From NCBI GenBank assembly GCA_964514965.1, contig CAZETV010000002.1, positions 90,001 to 122,000 on the forward strand: 32,000 nucleotides of DNA, given 5' to 3'. The stretch is from Candidatus Hadarchaeota archaeon (GTDB taxonomy: Archaea; Hadarchaeota; Hadarchaeia; Hadarchaeales; Hadarchaeaceae). The position numbers and the translations under genes are program-made. The notes under the pieces are model-generated. The model was not told the origin of the DNA and ran no database searches. It was given only the letters and a program-made list of their open reading frames with translations. This document shows, in pieces, positions 21,321 through 30,529 of this stretch. The number at the start of each line of letters is the position of its first letter. Positions within the stretch are counted from its first letter, which is position 1.

Positions 21321-21650
21321 TAGAGCGCATATTTAGTCAAACGGTTGTGACACCAACTATTTTTTTGGCGGGCTTGGGCGATCGCGGACAAATAACCGGG
21401 TCCAGTTCCCGTCGTGCTCGGGTGTGAAAAGGGAAGAATGGAGAACCTCCCACCCCTGCCAATATTTCCGCATTAACATAGCACGCTTCTGAGTCGCCCG
21501 AAGCCATTCGCCCCGCCTAATGTTTAGGGAAATAAATTTAAATAAGCTTCATCTTTAAATTACAAGGAGGTAATGAATTCGTGATTTGGATCAAGTACTG
21601 GTATTCTTGTGGTTCACCAACCGAGGTACATGTCTGTGAGGTTGTAGGGA

Positions 21651-23707
21651 TTGACAGAACTACATAAAAGATGCGGCTTGGCGGCGGCTTTGACGCTAGT
21701 TCTTGTTTTACTAATCGGCTCCGGTATTCCCACCCAAGCTCAGCCCTTTGACCGCCCCACGCTCAAAACGCCGGATAACGAGTACATAACCAACGACAAT
21801 ACTCCGTACTTCAGCTGGGAAAATATCACAGGTGAAAACATACTCAAATTCCATCTTGTAATAGATAACGACTCAAATTTTGCGGACGGCGAGAATTTCT
21901 ACTACAATTCAAACTTGATTGATAACTTTGACAACTTCGACACGCACTCGGAGAACGCGCTACCTGAGGGGATATGGTACTGGAAGGTTAGAGCAGAGAA
22001 TGCAAATGGGCCGGGCCCCTGGTCCGGTGTCAGGTGGTTGAAAGTCGACGTAACCTCTCCGACGGTTCAGATCTCCGTCAACACCGCTATGGTCTTCGAC
22101 AATTATGTCGGCGCAGACAACTTCGTGGTTACGGCAACGTTCAGCGAGAATATGGACAACACGATTACCCCAACCATCACCTTCACCCCCGACGTGTCGT
22201 TGGATACTTTAGAGAATGTGGTCTTCGCTTGGACCGTCGATAACAGCGTGTGCACGTGGACTTACGATGTGGATGATGAGGGTGTGGAGAACTTGGGCGT
22301 GGACGTGACGATTAGCGGTGGGAAGGATTTGGCAGGGAACGATCAGGTCGACAACACTGGAGAGAACATGTTCTCCGTCGACACCCTAGCGCCTGTTGCC
22401 CCAACGTTGGTGTCGCCCGAGAACAACGAGAACACGAATGACAACACCCCGAACCTCGATTGGGGTACTGTCTCGGATGCCAGCCTGCCGGTACTCTACC
22501 GCGTCCACGTGAGCGATAACTCCCAATTCCCATATGACAACGTGGATTCAGGCTGGATCTCTGACGATAACTACATCACCTCCGAGCTCGCTGAGAGCGT
22601 GTGGTACTGGCGAGTTCACGCGAAGGATAACGCTGGTAACGTGGGAGACAAATCAGCGTCTCGCTCATTCAGGGTCGACATAACTGCGCCTGTTGCCCCA
22701 ACGTTGGTGTCGCCTGATAATGGGGCACAGACGGCTGATAGCACCCCAACGCTCAGTTGGAACGTCGTGAACGATAACTCGCTCCCCGTGACATATGATC
22801 TTCAAGTCGATGATGATTCCGACTTCTCTACGCCCACGGAGAACGTTTCGGGCCTTACCGACTACAGCTATGCCACATCAAGCTTGGCGGATGGGACATG
22901 GTACTGGCGTGTCCGGGCAAGGGACAACGCTGGTAACGCAGGCAACTGGTCATCGAGGTTGTTCACAGTGGACACAACAGCTCAAGCAGCACCTGCCCTC
23001 ACTGCGCCAGCCAATGGCGCGTTCACGAACGATAGCACTCCAACCTTCGACTATGGGTCGATTTCGGGTGCATCGAGTTATACCCTCCAGTACACGACCG
23101 ACAGCGGGTTCACACAAAACCTCACGACGATCTCGAGCACCGCAACGGATTACATTCCGACAGCAGCGTTGGCTGATGGGACATGGTACTGGCGCGTGCG
23201 AACGGTTGATGCCGTGGGCAACATAGGCGGCTGGTCGAGCACTTGGTCCTTCACTATCGACACCGTAACACCAACCGTGACGATATCGCCCTCCCTCGAG
23301 GCCACGCCAACGGCTACCGGCTGGACCTTGACCACCACGGACAGCAGCATCGAGATCAGCGGCTCGGTTACAGACGCGACTGGCGTAACAGTCAAGATAG
23401 ATGATGTAGAGGTGACCGTAGTCGATCGCAGCTTCCGCAAAACTGTAAATTTGATGGTAATAGGTGTGAACACATTCACCTAGCCGTAACCGATGCCGCG
23501 GGCAACACCACGACGCGAACATTGGAAGTCATCCGAGCTGGAGTTGAGCCACCTCCTGTCGCAGAGCCCGCAATCTCGTCTGAGCAAGCCGTGTTCATAG
23601 CCGCGCTCGTCGCGTTATTCATCATCCTGATAGTTTTTGTGAAGATGGTTCTTGTTAAGAAACCTGCGGAACCTGTCCCAAGTTCTGGCCTCCCACCGAC
23701 GAGATAA
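21651..23707 (+). CDS. Secreted/anchored surface protein with ~4 Ig/FN3-like repeats; 1-nt frameshift near 23480
   Basis: Signal peptide (LAAALTLVLVLLIGSGIPTQAQ), repeats ending (Y/W)YWRVRA.DNAGN.G.WS; ORF stops at 23483, but the -1 frame gives LAVTDAAGNTTTRTLEVIRAGVEPPP...AVFIAALVALFIILIVFVKMVLVKKP to 23707. Confidence 0.8.
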
Positions 23708-24007
23708 CGGCGCAAGTGATGGAGAAGCTTATCAAGGTGCCCCAGAGCTATTGCGCCAAGTGTTGAAAGAAATAGGACTAGACCGGGAGATCGCGGAGCT
23801 AGCCCGAGGCGGGTAATGGGGGGTTTTGAGCATTAATCTAGCAAAAGCTCGGATTACCTCCTGTGCCCCTTTTCTATTTTTTGCGCTCATGCCAAGTTTG
23901 AAAAGTTTAGTCCAACAGTTGGGCCTACACAACTTGGCTATTATAGTTTCGATAGGGGGCGAAATAACCCCATCCCCCGAAACCCCCGAAAGAGGCGCTG
24001 AGTAGAC

Positions 24008-24493
24008 ATGATAGTAGAACGGATAGGAGCCATAACATGCGAGATCCTTCCGGATTCGGGAAATATCATGTCCAGGGCTCAGGAAGTGTTCAGGGAATTG
24101 GGAGAGGTGGAGCAGCGCCTCCGAATCACCGAGCGCAAGCTTTATCGCTTGAAGGAGGGTAGCTGGTCGTATACGAAGAACATGCTAAGGTTTGGGTTCG
24201 CGTCATGGGTCTTCGGCCTTTCGATTTTCTTTTTAGCGGTCGTGGCAATGAGTACCGAACTTTTTGGAGGGGTTCCGCTGACTTGGAGCTCCTTGCTCGT
24301 GGGGACCCCCTTGCTCGTGGGAGCCCCCGCAGCGCCCATGATGATGACGGCTGCGTCGGTCCGCAAGTTTGACACCAAGATAAAGCGCCTCAGACACATC
24401 CGAAGTGGCCTAGCGGTAAAGTACACTAGAGCCCTCTACCAGTACCAGAGGGCCTCCCTCCAATATTTGAAGCAGGCGGGTTCTACTGGGTAA
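24008..24493 (+). CDS. Membrane protein with flanking coiled-coil regions, unknown function
   Basis: 161 aa; REVFRELGEVEQRLRITERKLYRLKEG, two hydrophobic segments, then helical RALYQYQRASLQYLKQ. Confidence 0.6.
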   Translation: MIVERIGAITCEILPDSGNIMSRAQEVFRELGEVEQRLRITERKLYRLKEGSWSYTKNMLRFGFASWVFGLSIFFLAVVAMSTELFGGVPLTWSSLLVGTPLLVGAPAAPMMMTAASVRKFDTKIKRLRHIRSGLAVKYTRALYQYQRASLQYLKQAGSTG

Positions 24494-24775
24494 GATAAAT
24501 TGTTTCGTAAAAATGGTTTTTCTGGGCAGTAATTCAGTTTTATGTCCAAAACCGATTTAACCCCCTCGCTCAAAATCACTTTCGTGCACTCTCGTGTATT
24601 GTAAAACACTTCATTACTTTAAAAGGATCAAGCGCCCCTGAGCCTAAATGATAAAGATTAATAAGTTGACTACGCAGCTGGGATTGGGTACAATTTGGAT
24701 TCGGACAGGCTTGACATTATCCTATGAACAACATCCGCGCTGATCTCGTCGATAGGTTCGCATGAGCTATTCCAA

Positions 24776-25552
24776 GTGATAGTAGATAATGCCAAGGAGA
24801 TATCCGGTGCAAAGTTCGTTTCCCTATCTTTTTTCAACGAGGAGAGGGACACGGTTAAACTCGGCGCGCTGTCGGGCCCCGAACCTTCTTTGTTAAGAAA
24901 GGTATCAGAGATGTTAAAAATAGAAAATCTATTTCGCCACGGGTTCCCGGTCAGCAAGTGTCCAAGTTTTCAGGAGTTCTTAAAGAAGAAAGAGAGAAAA
25001 CCTGTCATCCTCAGCGGCTTTCACGAATACACCTTTGGATTGTTCGATAAAAGGATATGTAGTCTAATCGAAAAAATTGTGGGCTTTGAGGAGGTAGTGG
25101 CGATTCCGTTACTGAAAAATGAAAAGGTGGAGGGAATTTTAGGTTATTTATTTCCTACCAAGGAAAAGCGTGACTTCACCCCACTGCTGATTTTTGCAGA
25201 CCTCGCATCTCAAGCTTTAGAAAAATCAAAAATGTTTGAAGAACGGTTGAGGGGAGGGAAGGTCGCTATAATGAGCGAATATCTCGCAGGAGACATTATT
25301 AGAGAGTTCGGCGTTAGAATTCCAGTGGGAGAGTTAGGTTCGCGAGAGATTTTAGGACAGCTGGCTGACCTTGCTACTAAGCCTCCGCCCCGGAATTTAT
25401 TCAACCTATTAGTCGCCGGGACGCACATAGCTCTCAGTCAAGAGGGAGTTGAGGTAAGCGAAGTAGAGATCCGTGAATTCTTGGCCCCCAATCATCAGAA
25501 GATTCCTTCAGGAAGGAATGGTATGAGAACCTTGACAACCATGAGAATATAA
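24776..25552 (+). CDS. GAF-domain-like protein; its C-terminus overlaps the broken start of the downstream PLD gene
   Basis: IVDNAKEISGAKFVSLSFFNEERDTVKLGALSG...VVAIPLLKNEKVEGILGYLFPTKEKRDFTPLLIFADLASQALEKSKMFEE. Confidence 0.6.
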   Translation: MIVDNAKEISGAKFVSLSFFNEERDTVKLGALSGPEPSLLRKVSEMLKIENLFRHGFPVSKCPSFQEFLKKKERKPVILSGFHEYTFGLFDKRICSLIEKIVGFEEVVAIPLLKNEKVEGILGYLFPTKEKRDFTPLLIFADLASQALEKSKMFEERLRGGKVAIMSEYLAGDIIREFGVRIPVGELGSREILGQLADLATKPPPRNLFNLLVAGTHIALSQEGVEVSEVEIREFLAPNHQKIPSGRNGMRTLTTMRI

Positions 25553-28500
25553 CTGTTTTAACATTCCTAGCGAATATAACGCTGCACTCCAAGTACATGA
25601 TAGTTGACAACAGGATTGTCTCCGTCGGCAGCACTAACTGGGGCCACAGATCCCTTACAACCAACCGTGAAATGAACCTTACGCTTCGCGGAGAGAACAT
25701 CGCTGATTCGTTCACTTACATCTTCGATTCAGGTTGGGTCGCAGCCGGCGGACAAGCTAGGGGCGGTGAATACTGGGAAGAAAATTGGATTTATCCCGTA
25801 GCCAACGGCGCAGAGATCCCAGAAAATGTTACTGACACGGTGGACGAGTGGGTTAATATGTTTGATAACGCGCAGGATAATGTCCAGCTATATCAGTACG
25901 CTTACAATGGTGGTCCCGCTGAAGTTCGTGAGGCTATATTGGGTGCGGCAGACCGCGGCGTGGAAATAAAATTTATGGTGCCCCAGCGCTCGTACGACAG
26001 ATGGCCGAGTGCAACGGAGGAACTAGCAAGTCACAAGAATATCCATGTTAAAACAATTGAGTTCCCGGTGGGCGTGGCTCATCCCAAATTTATTAACGTG
26101 GATGGCCAGCGAACATGGGTGGGGAGCGCTAACATACACTCTGACTGGATATTAACCGGTAGGGAAGTTGGCGTCACGGTCTATCACTCCCAGACCGTTG
26201 ATACCCTGCTCACCATATTTTACACCGACTGGGAGAGCGTATACGCTTCGTGGGTTAGTCCCAACGCGGTTGAAGTGGGGGTCTCACCAACTCGGAAAGG
26301 CGATTTACCTGGAGAAACGCTCCAGTTCGGTGTTACCGTTGCAAATGTCGGGGAAGTCATCGATAACTACGACCTGACGGTTAGCGACAATGCTGGCTGG
26401 ACTCTTTCGCTCTCAGAAAATCGAGTTGAGAACGTTCAGCCCAGTGAGAACGGAACAGTAACGCTCAGCGTCACCATTCTTGGAAATGCTGGAACAGGTG
26501 AGGTTAGTGTGGTAACGGTTACAGCTACTTCCGAAAACGACAATAACGTGAGTTCGAGTGATAAGGTCCTCGCGCTGGCAGCGGGTTCGGTGAGCATTTC
26601 TCCTACCGACGACTCTTATGTTGATCAGGCGAACCCCGACTCGAATTACGGCTCTGAAACTTATCTAGAGATAGCGAGCAAGTGGGATGGAAAACGGCGC
26701 AGCTTCCTTGAGTTCAACCTCAGCGATAATCTGTCAGATAACGCTTTGATAATTGATGCAGAGCTCAACCTATACTTCTATTGGGGCAGCGACTACGTCG
26801 CACTGCGCGATGCAGGCGTACTTATTGAGGCAAGGGAGGTGACCGATGATTCCTGGAGCGAATCGACGATAACCTGGAATAACGCTCCAACGGTAGGGGA
26901 AGTGATCAACACCTCAGAGATAGGCTCCTACGGCTGGAAGAAGTGGGATGTAGATGACTACGTTGCCGAACAGCTTGAGAACGAGAGCGATCAACTTGCT
27001 AGCTTTGCCATAAAACTTGATAACGAGGATTTCGATAACACCCTCAGAAGAATGCGGTTCCGCTCCGATGAATACTCAGACAACACAGAGCTCCGGCCGT
27101 ACCTCAAAGTCAAGTACTTCCCAGCGGTCTACGATGTGCAAGTAGAAGTAGACAAGGAAGAGCGAGGCCGTCCAGCAGGCTGGGTTGCTAATTATACGGT
27201 GACTGTGACAAACAAGGGCAACATCAATGACAACTACGAGCTAACTGTGAGCGATAACAATTGGCTGACCAGTGTAGATCCAACGCTTCTAAAAGATGTC
27301 TTTCCAGAAGAAAACGAATTAGTAACCTTAAAGGTTACGGTTCCAGCTAACGCAAAGCCTGGAGATTCAGACAACGCCACGATTATCGCTACTTCACAGA
27401 CAAAGCCTGCGGTCAGCGATAACAAAAAGGTAACGACAAAAGTCGTGGTAGACTACAAGCTCAGGCCATGCGAGGATGACTCATATGTGAACGAGGCGGA
27501 TCCGAGCACTAATTACGGTACCGAGCCACACCTTGAGATCGCAACCATGGTCGACAACAACAGGCGTGCATTCTTGAAATTCGAACTCTCAAAAATACCC
27601 GAAAACGTGGAGATTTACAGCTCGAGGCTCTACCTGTACTTCTACTGGGGCTCCAACTACACCGAGCTGAGAGAGAATTATGATATGAAAATTGAAGCCT
27701 ACAAGGTCAGCGATGACAGCTGGAGCGAGGGCACCCTAACTTGGAACAACCAGCCCACAATTGGGAATAAAATCGACTATACTTCGATAGGGTCTTGGAA
27801 AAGCTGGAAGTACTGGGACATAAAAAGCTACTTCGAGGAGCAACGTGGGATTGACAATCTGGCTTCCTTCGCCATAATGTTTGAGAACGAGAATTTCGAC
27901 AACACCCTTAGGAGAATAAGATACCGCTCGAAGGAGTACACGGACGACACAAGTCTCACGCCCTACCTGAGCGTCTGGTACTTCCCCACGACGGTTATTT
28001 ACGATGTTGAATTGGCAGCGACACCAGAGGCCCAAGGCGATAACGCGGGTGAAAATCTTGAATACACTGTGAAAGTCACAAACCTCGGCAACGTCCCTGA
28101 CAGCTTTGCCCTAACGGTTACAAGCAGTCTAGGCTGGAACGCCGTTGTTAGTCCGGAAAATCTTGAAGATATCCTACCGAACGAAACCGAGAATGCAACA
28201 CTAACCGTTACGATTCCGGAAAACGCGCAACCCGGAGAGGTCGACAACGTGACCATCACGGTGACATCACTTGGGGATAACACGGTGGGCGATAACGCAG
28301 TTGTCCGTGCAGGCATCTCGCAAACCACGACCTTGCTTCCAGCCGATGACGCGGCGGTCTTCCAGGATTTACCGGACTCGAACTATGGAAGCGAGACCTG
28401 GCTGGAGGTCACAAGCGCGGTCGACAACAACCGACGCTCGTTGCTCAAATTCGACCTATCCTCGCTGCCTGCGGGCTCCGATGTAATCGGGGCTGACCTA

Positions 28501-28854
28501 AACATGTACTTCTACTGGGGATCTGGCTTCACCGCACTTCGGGATGCAGACGTGCTAATCGAGGCCCGTGAAATCTTGGATGATAATTGGAGCGAGTCGA
28601 CGGTGACTTGGAACAATGCCCCCACCTTAGACAATCTGATCAATGCTGTGGAGATAGGTTCCTACGATTGGAAGGTATGGAACGTAGGCAACTTTGTAGC
28701 TCAACAGTTTGAGAACGATAATCTAGCGAGTTTCGCCATTAAATTCGACACCGAGGACTTTGACGAAACGTTGCGGAGGATACGATTCCGATCGCAGGAG
28801 TACTCGGATAACCTTACCCTAAGACCGTATCTGGAAGTGGAGTACTATCCATAG
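25477..28854 (+). CDS. 5'-truncated extracellular phospholipase D-like protein with three (NEW3-like + DNRLRE-like) modules
   Basis: Two HKD-type motifs: LHSKYMIVDNRIVSVGSTNWGHRSLTTNRE and AHPKFINVDGQRTWVGSANIHSDWI; DNRLRE-type DSYVDQANPDSNYGSETYLEIAS.., DSYVNEADPSTNYGTEPHLEIAT.., DAAVFQDLPDSNYGSETWLEVTS... Coding sense (KEWYENLDNHENITVLTFLANITLHSKYM) precedes the track's ATG 25597. Confidence 0.82.
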   Translation: MLGPQSSEDSFRKEWYENLDNHENITVLTFLANITLHSKYMIVDNRIVSVGSTNWGHRSLTTNREMNLTLRGENIADSFTYIFDSGWVAAGGQARGGEYWEENWIYPVANGAEIPENVTDTVDEWVNMFDNAQDNVQLYQYAYNGGPAEVREAILGAADRGVEIKFMVPQRSYDRWPSATEELASHKNIHVKTIEFPVGVAHPKFINVDGQRTWVGSANIHSDWILTGREVGVTVYHSQTVDTLLTIFYTDWESVYASWVSPNAVEVGVSPTRKGDLPGETLQFGVTVANVGEVIDNYDLTVSDNAGWTLSLSENRVENVQPSENGTVTLSVTILGNAGTGEVSVVTVTATSENDNNVSSSDKVLALAAGSVSISPTDDSYVDQANPDSNYGSETYLEIASKWDGKRRSFLEFNLSDNLSDNALIIDAELNLYFYWGSDYVALRDAGVLIEAREVTDDSWSESTITWNNAPTVGEVINTSEIGSYGWKKWDVDDYVAEQLENESDQLASFAIKLDNEDFDNTLRRMRFRSDEYSDNTELRPYLKVKYFPAVYDVQVEVDKEERGRPAGWVANYTVTVTNKGNINDNYELTVSDNNWLTSVDPTLLKDVFPEENELVTLKVTVPANAKPGDSDNATIIATSQTKPAVSDNKKVTTKVVVDYKLRPCEDDSYVNEADPSTNYGTEPHLEIATMVDNNRRAFLKFELSKIPENVEIYSSRLYLYFYWGSNYTELRENYDMKIEAYKVSDDSWSEGTLTWNNQPTIGNKIDYTSIGSWKSWKYWDIKSYFEEQRGIDNLASFAIMFENENFDNTLRRIRYRSKEYTDDTSLTPYLSVWYFPTTVIYDVELAATPEAQGDNAGENLEYTVKVTNLGNVPDSFALTVTSSLGWNAVVSPENLEDILPNETENATLTVTIPENAQPGEVDNVTITVTSLGDNTVGDNAVVRAGISQTTTLLPADDAAVFQDLPDSNYGSETWLEVTSAVDNNRRSLLKFDLSSLPAGSDVIGADLNMYFYWGSGFTALRDADVLIEAREILDDNWSESTVTWNNAPTLDNLINAVEIGSYDWKVWNVGNFVAQQFENDNLASFAIKFDTEDFDETLRRIRFRSQEYSDNLTLRPYLEVEYYP

Positions 28855-28855
28855 G
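26608..28855 (+). repeat. Coding tandem modules, ~870-bp period
   Basis: DNRLRE-like modules begin at about 26608, 27477 and 28350, alternating with NEW3-like modules (NYDLTVSDNAGW / NYELTVSDNNWL / SFALTVTSSLGW). Confidence 0.8.
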
Positions 28856-29047
28856 ACCAGAGTTCAAAAAAGGGCGGCTTGCCGCCGCCCGCTCTCTTCT
28901 TTTAAGGGAAAGTTTCACTTTGGTTTTATGTTCTCGAATAATAGAAAAGAAATGGGCGAGCTGCAACATTGGAAATTGCGCCATAACTAGCGATTAATCA
29001 GGATGAAGCGGAATCGCAAGTTATGGTAGATTTAAACGGTAGCTTAA

Positions 29048-29069
29048 AACCTACTCCCCCGCGCCACCA
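29048..29069 (+). other. tRNA-3'-end-like sequence preceding repeat copy 2 (putative fossil att)
   Basis: AACCTACTCCCCCGCGCCACCA; compare tRNA-Lys end AATCCCTCCGGGCCCGCCA and 30538-30555 AACCTATCCGGGCCCGCCA. Confidence 0.4.
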
Positions 29070-29077
29070 AAAATCAT

Positions 29078-29266
29078 GCAAAAATCCTGCCCGAATCCTG
29101 CTCAACTTTTGCCTGAAAATTGCACGAAAGATTTAAACGCCGCACCACAAAAATTATACAAAAATCCTGCTCGAATCCTGCCCGGTTCTTGCGAAAAATC
29201 GTTTGATAGATTTGAATGATAGCAGTCGTCTAGCCGGGGCACCAAAAACATGCGAATATCCTGCCC
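29078..29266 (+). repeat. Composite repeat copy 2 (189 bp, identical to copy 1 by reading)
   Basis: Same sequence and same length as 17777-17965. Confidence 0.95.
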
Positions 29267-29347
29267 AAATCTTGCCCAATTTTTGCCGAGAAATCGTTTG
29301 AAGTTAACTTTAAATATTTGAACCTAACTTCATAATATGGTGCGGTC

Positions 29348-29926
29348 ATGAAATTCCATAATGTGTTAGAGGAAGTGTTTGGAACTGGCGAGAGGGTAAA
29401 AGTACTGCGAGTTCTTACACGGTACCCTAAGGAATTCACTTCTAGGGAACTGTCTGGATATTGCGGCGTCTCCGTTCGCGGTATCATTGATATTCTTACT
29501 CTTTTCGAGCGTTACGGGTTCGTAAAAAGCCGCAGGGTTGGGAAGTCCATCCTTTGGAAGATAGACGGGGGCAACTACCTGACCAAGGAACTCATCCTGC
29601 CATCCTTTGAGGTGGAGGGGGGCATCGTGGATCATCTAAAGCGGGGGATTTCGACGATGGTTAGGAGGTTCCCGGTGCGAAAAGCGGTGATCTACGGGAG
29701 CGTCGCCCGCGGGGATGAGCGACCTGACAGCGACATAGACCTATTGTTGGTCGTGGAAAAAAAGGGTAAATGGGTGAAGGAACTCCAAAATAAGCTCAGA
29801 GGGGAGATATTGGCGCTTTTTGGTAACACGCTGTCGATACTCGTTTGCACTCCGGGCGAGTACAAAAAAATGAGCAGGGGGCTGAAGAAGGAGATAGAAG
29901 GAGGCATCGTGGCCTTCGGTGGTTGA
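29348..29926 (+). CDS. Winged-HTH + MNT-type nucleotidyltransferase (antitoxin of HEPN/MNT pair)
   Basis: FTSRELSGYCGVSVRGIIDILTLFERYGFVKSRRVGK (wHTH) and VIYGSVARGDERPDSDIDLLLVVE (GSxxRG...DxD). Confidence 0.85.
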   Translation: MKFHNVLEEVFGTGERVKVLRVLTRYPKEFTSRELSGYCGVSVRGIIDILTLFERYGFVKSRRVGKSILWKIDGGNYLTKELILPSFEVEGGIVDHLKRGISTMVRRFPVRKAVIYGSVARGDERPDSDIDLLLVVEKKGKWVKELQNKLRGEILALFGNTLSILVCTPGEYKKMSRGLKKEIEGGIVAFGG

Positions 29927-30332
29927 TGTGGTCGAAACGCAAAAGGTCGAAAAGCACCTCTATTCAAACTACCTCGAAAAGGCCCGAGAATACTTAGATG
30001 GTATGAAAGATGAGCTGGCAAACAAACGCTGGAACTTGGCCGTCCTAGCAGGCGTCCATTGCACCATCTCAGCATGTGATGCGCTGACGATCTTCTTCTT
30101 GGGTAGAAAACACAAGGGGATAAAACACGCCGATGCCGCAAAGCTCCTCGCTAGCATCGAGGGGATTGATCCAAGGAAGTTAAGGGAGAAATCCAACCAG
30201 CTCATCTCCATCTTGGATTACAAAACCCCAGTGGAATACGACAAAACCGTGTTCAAGGAGTCGGACGCAAAGGAACTCACAAAAAGGGTCGAGCGCTTTT
30301 ACAGTTGGGTCAAGGGGAAGTTGCCGGAGTGA
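29919..30332 (+). CDS. HEPN domain protein (toxin of HEPN/MNT pair)
   Basis: YLEKAREYLDGMKDELANKRWNLAVLAGVHCTISACDALTIFFLGRKHKGIKHADAAKLL; overlaps the MNT gene by 8 nt; R-x6-H in RKHKGIKH. Confidence 0.8.
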   Translation: MVDVVETQKVEKHLYSNYLEKAREYLDGMKDELANKRWNLAVLAGVHCTISACDALTIFFLGRKHKGIKHADAAKLLASIEGIDPRKLREKSNQLISILDYKTPVEYDKTVFKESDAKELTKRVERFYSWVKGKLPE

Positions 30333-30364
30333 TGCCGATATTTGGTCCCGTAGGGGTTCGGGGG

Positions 30365-30387
30365 GTTCAAACCCTACCCCCGCACCA
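30365..30387 (+). other. tRNA-3'-end-like sequence preceding repeat copy 3 (putative fossil att)
   Basis: GTTCAAACCCTACCCCCGCACCA: T-loop-like GTTCAAAC followed by CCA-ending acceptor-like sequence. Confidence 0.45.
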
Positions 30388-30398
30388 ACAAAAATCGT

Positions 30399-30528
30399 GC
30401 AAAAATCCTGCCCAATTTTTGCCTGAAAATTGCACGAAAGATTTAAACGCCGCACCACAAAAATTACGCAAAAATCCTGCTCGAATCCTGCCCGGTTCTT
30501 GCGAAAAATCGTTTGGGAGATTTGAACG
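30399..30528 (+). repeat. Composite repeat copy 3 (diverged, 11-nt deletion, shorter)
   Basis: gcaaaaatcctgcccaatttttgcctgaaaattgcacgaaagatttaaacgccgcaccacaaaaattacgcaaaaatcctgctcgaatcctgcccggttcttgcgaaaaatcgtttg; lacks gaatcctgctc of copies 1/2. Confidence 0.93.
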
Positions 30529-30529
30529 G

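Noticed and set aside
22795-23226. 143-aa ORF overlapping the surface-protein gene
   Set aside because: Shifted-frame ORF inside a strongly supported coding frame with signal peptide and repeated Ig/FN3-like domains.
23477-23492. Pyrrolysine (TAG) read-through or recoding at the end of the surface-protein ORF
   Set aside because: A TAA follows two codons later in the same frame, while the -1 frame gives a coherent domain and TM anchor, so a frameshift explains it better.
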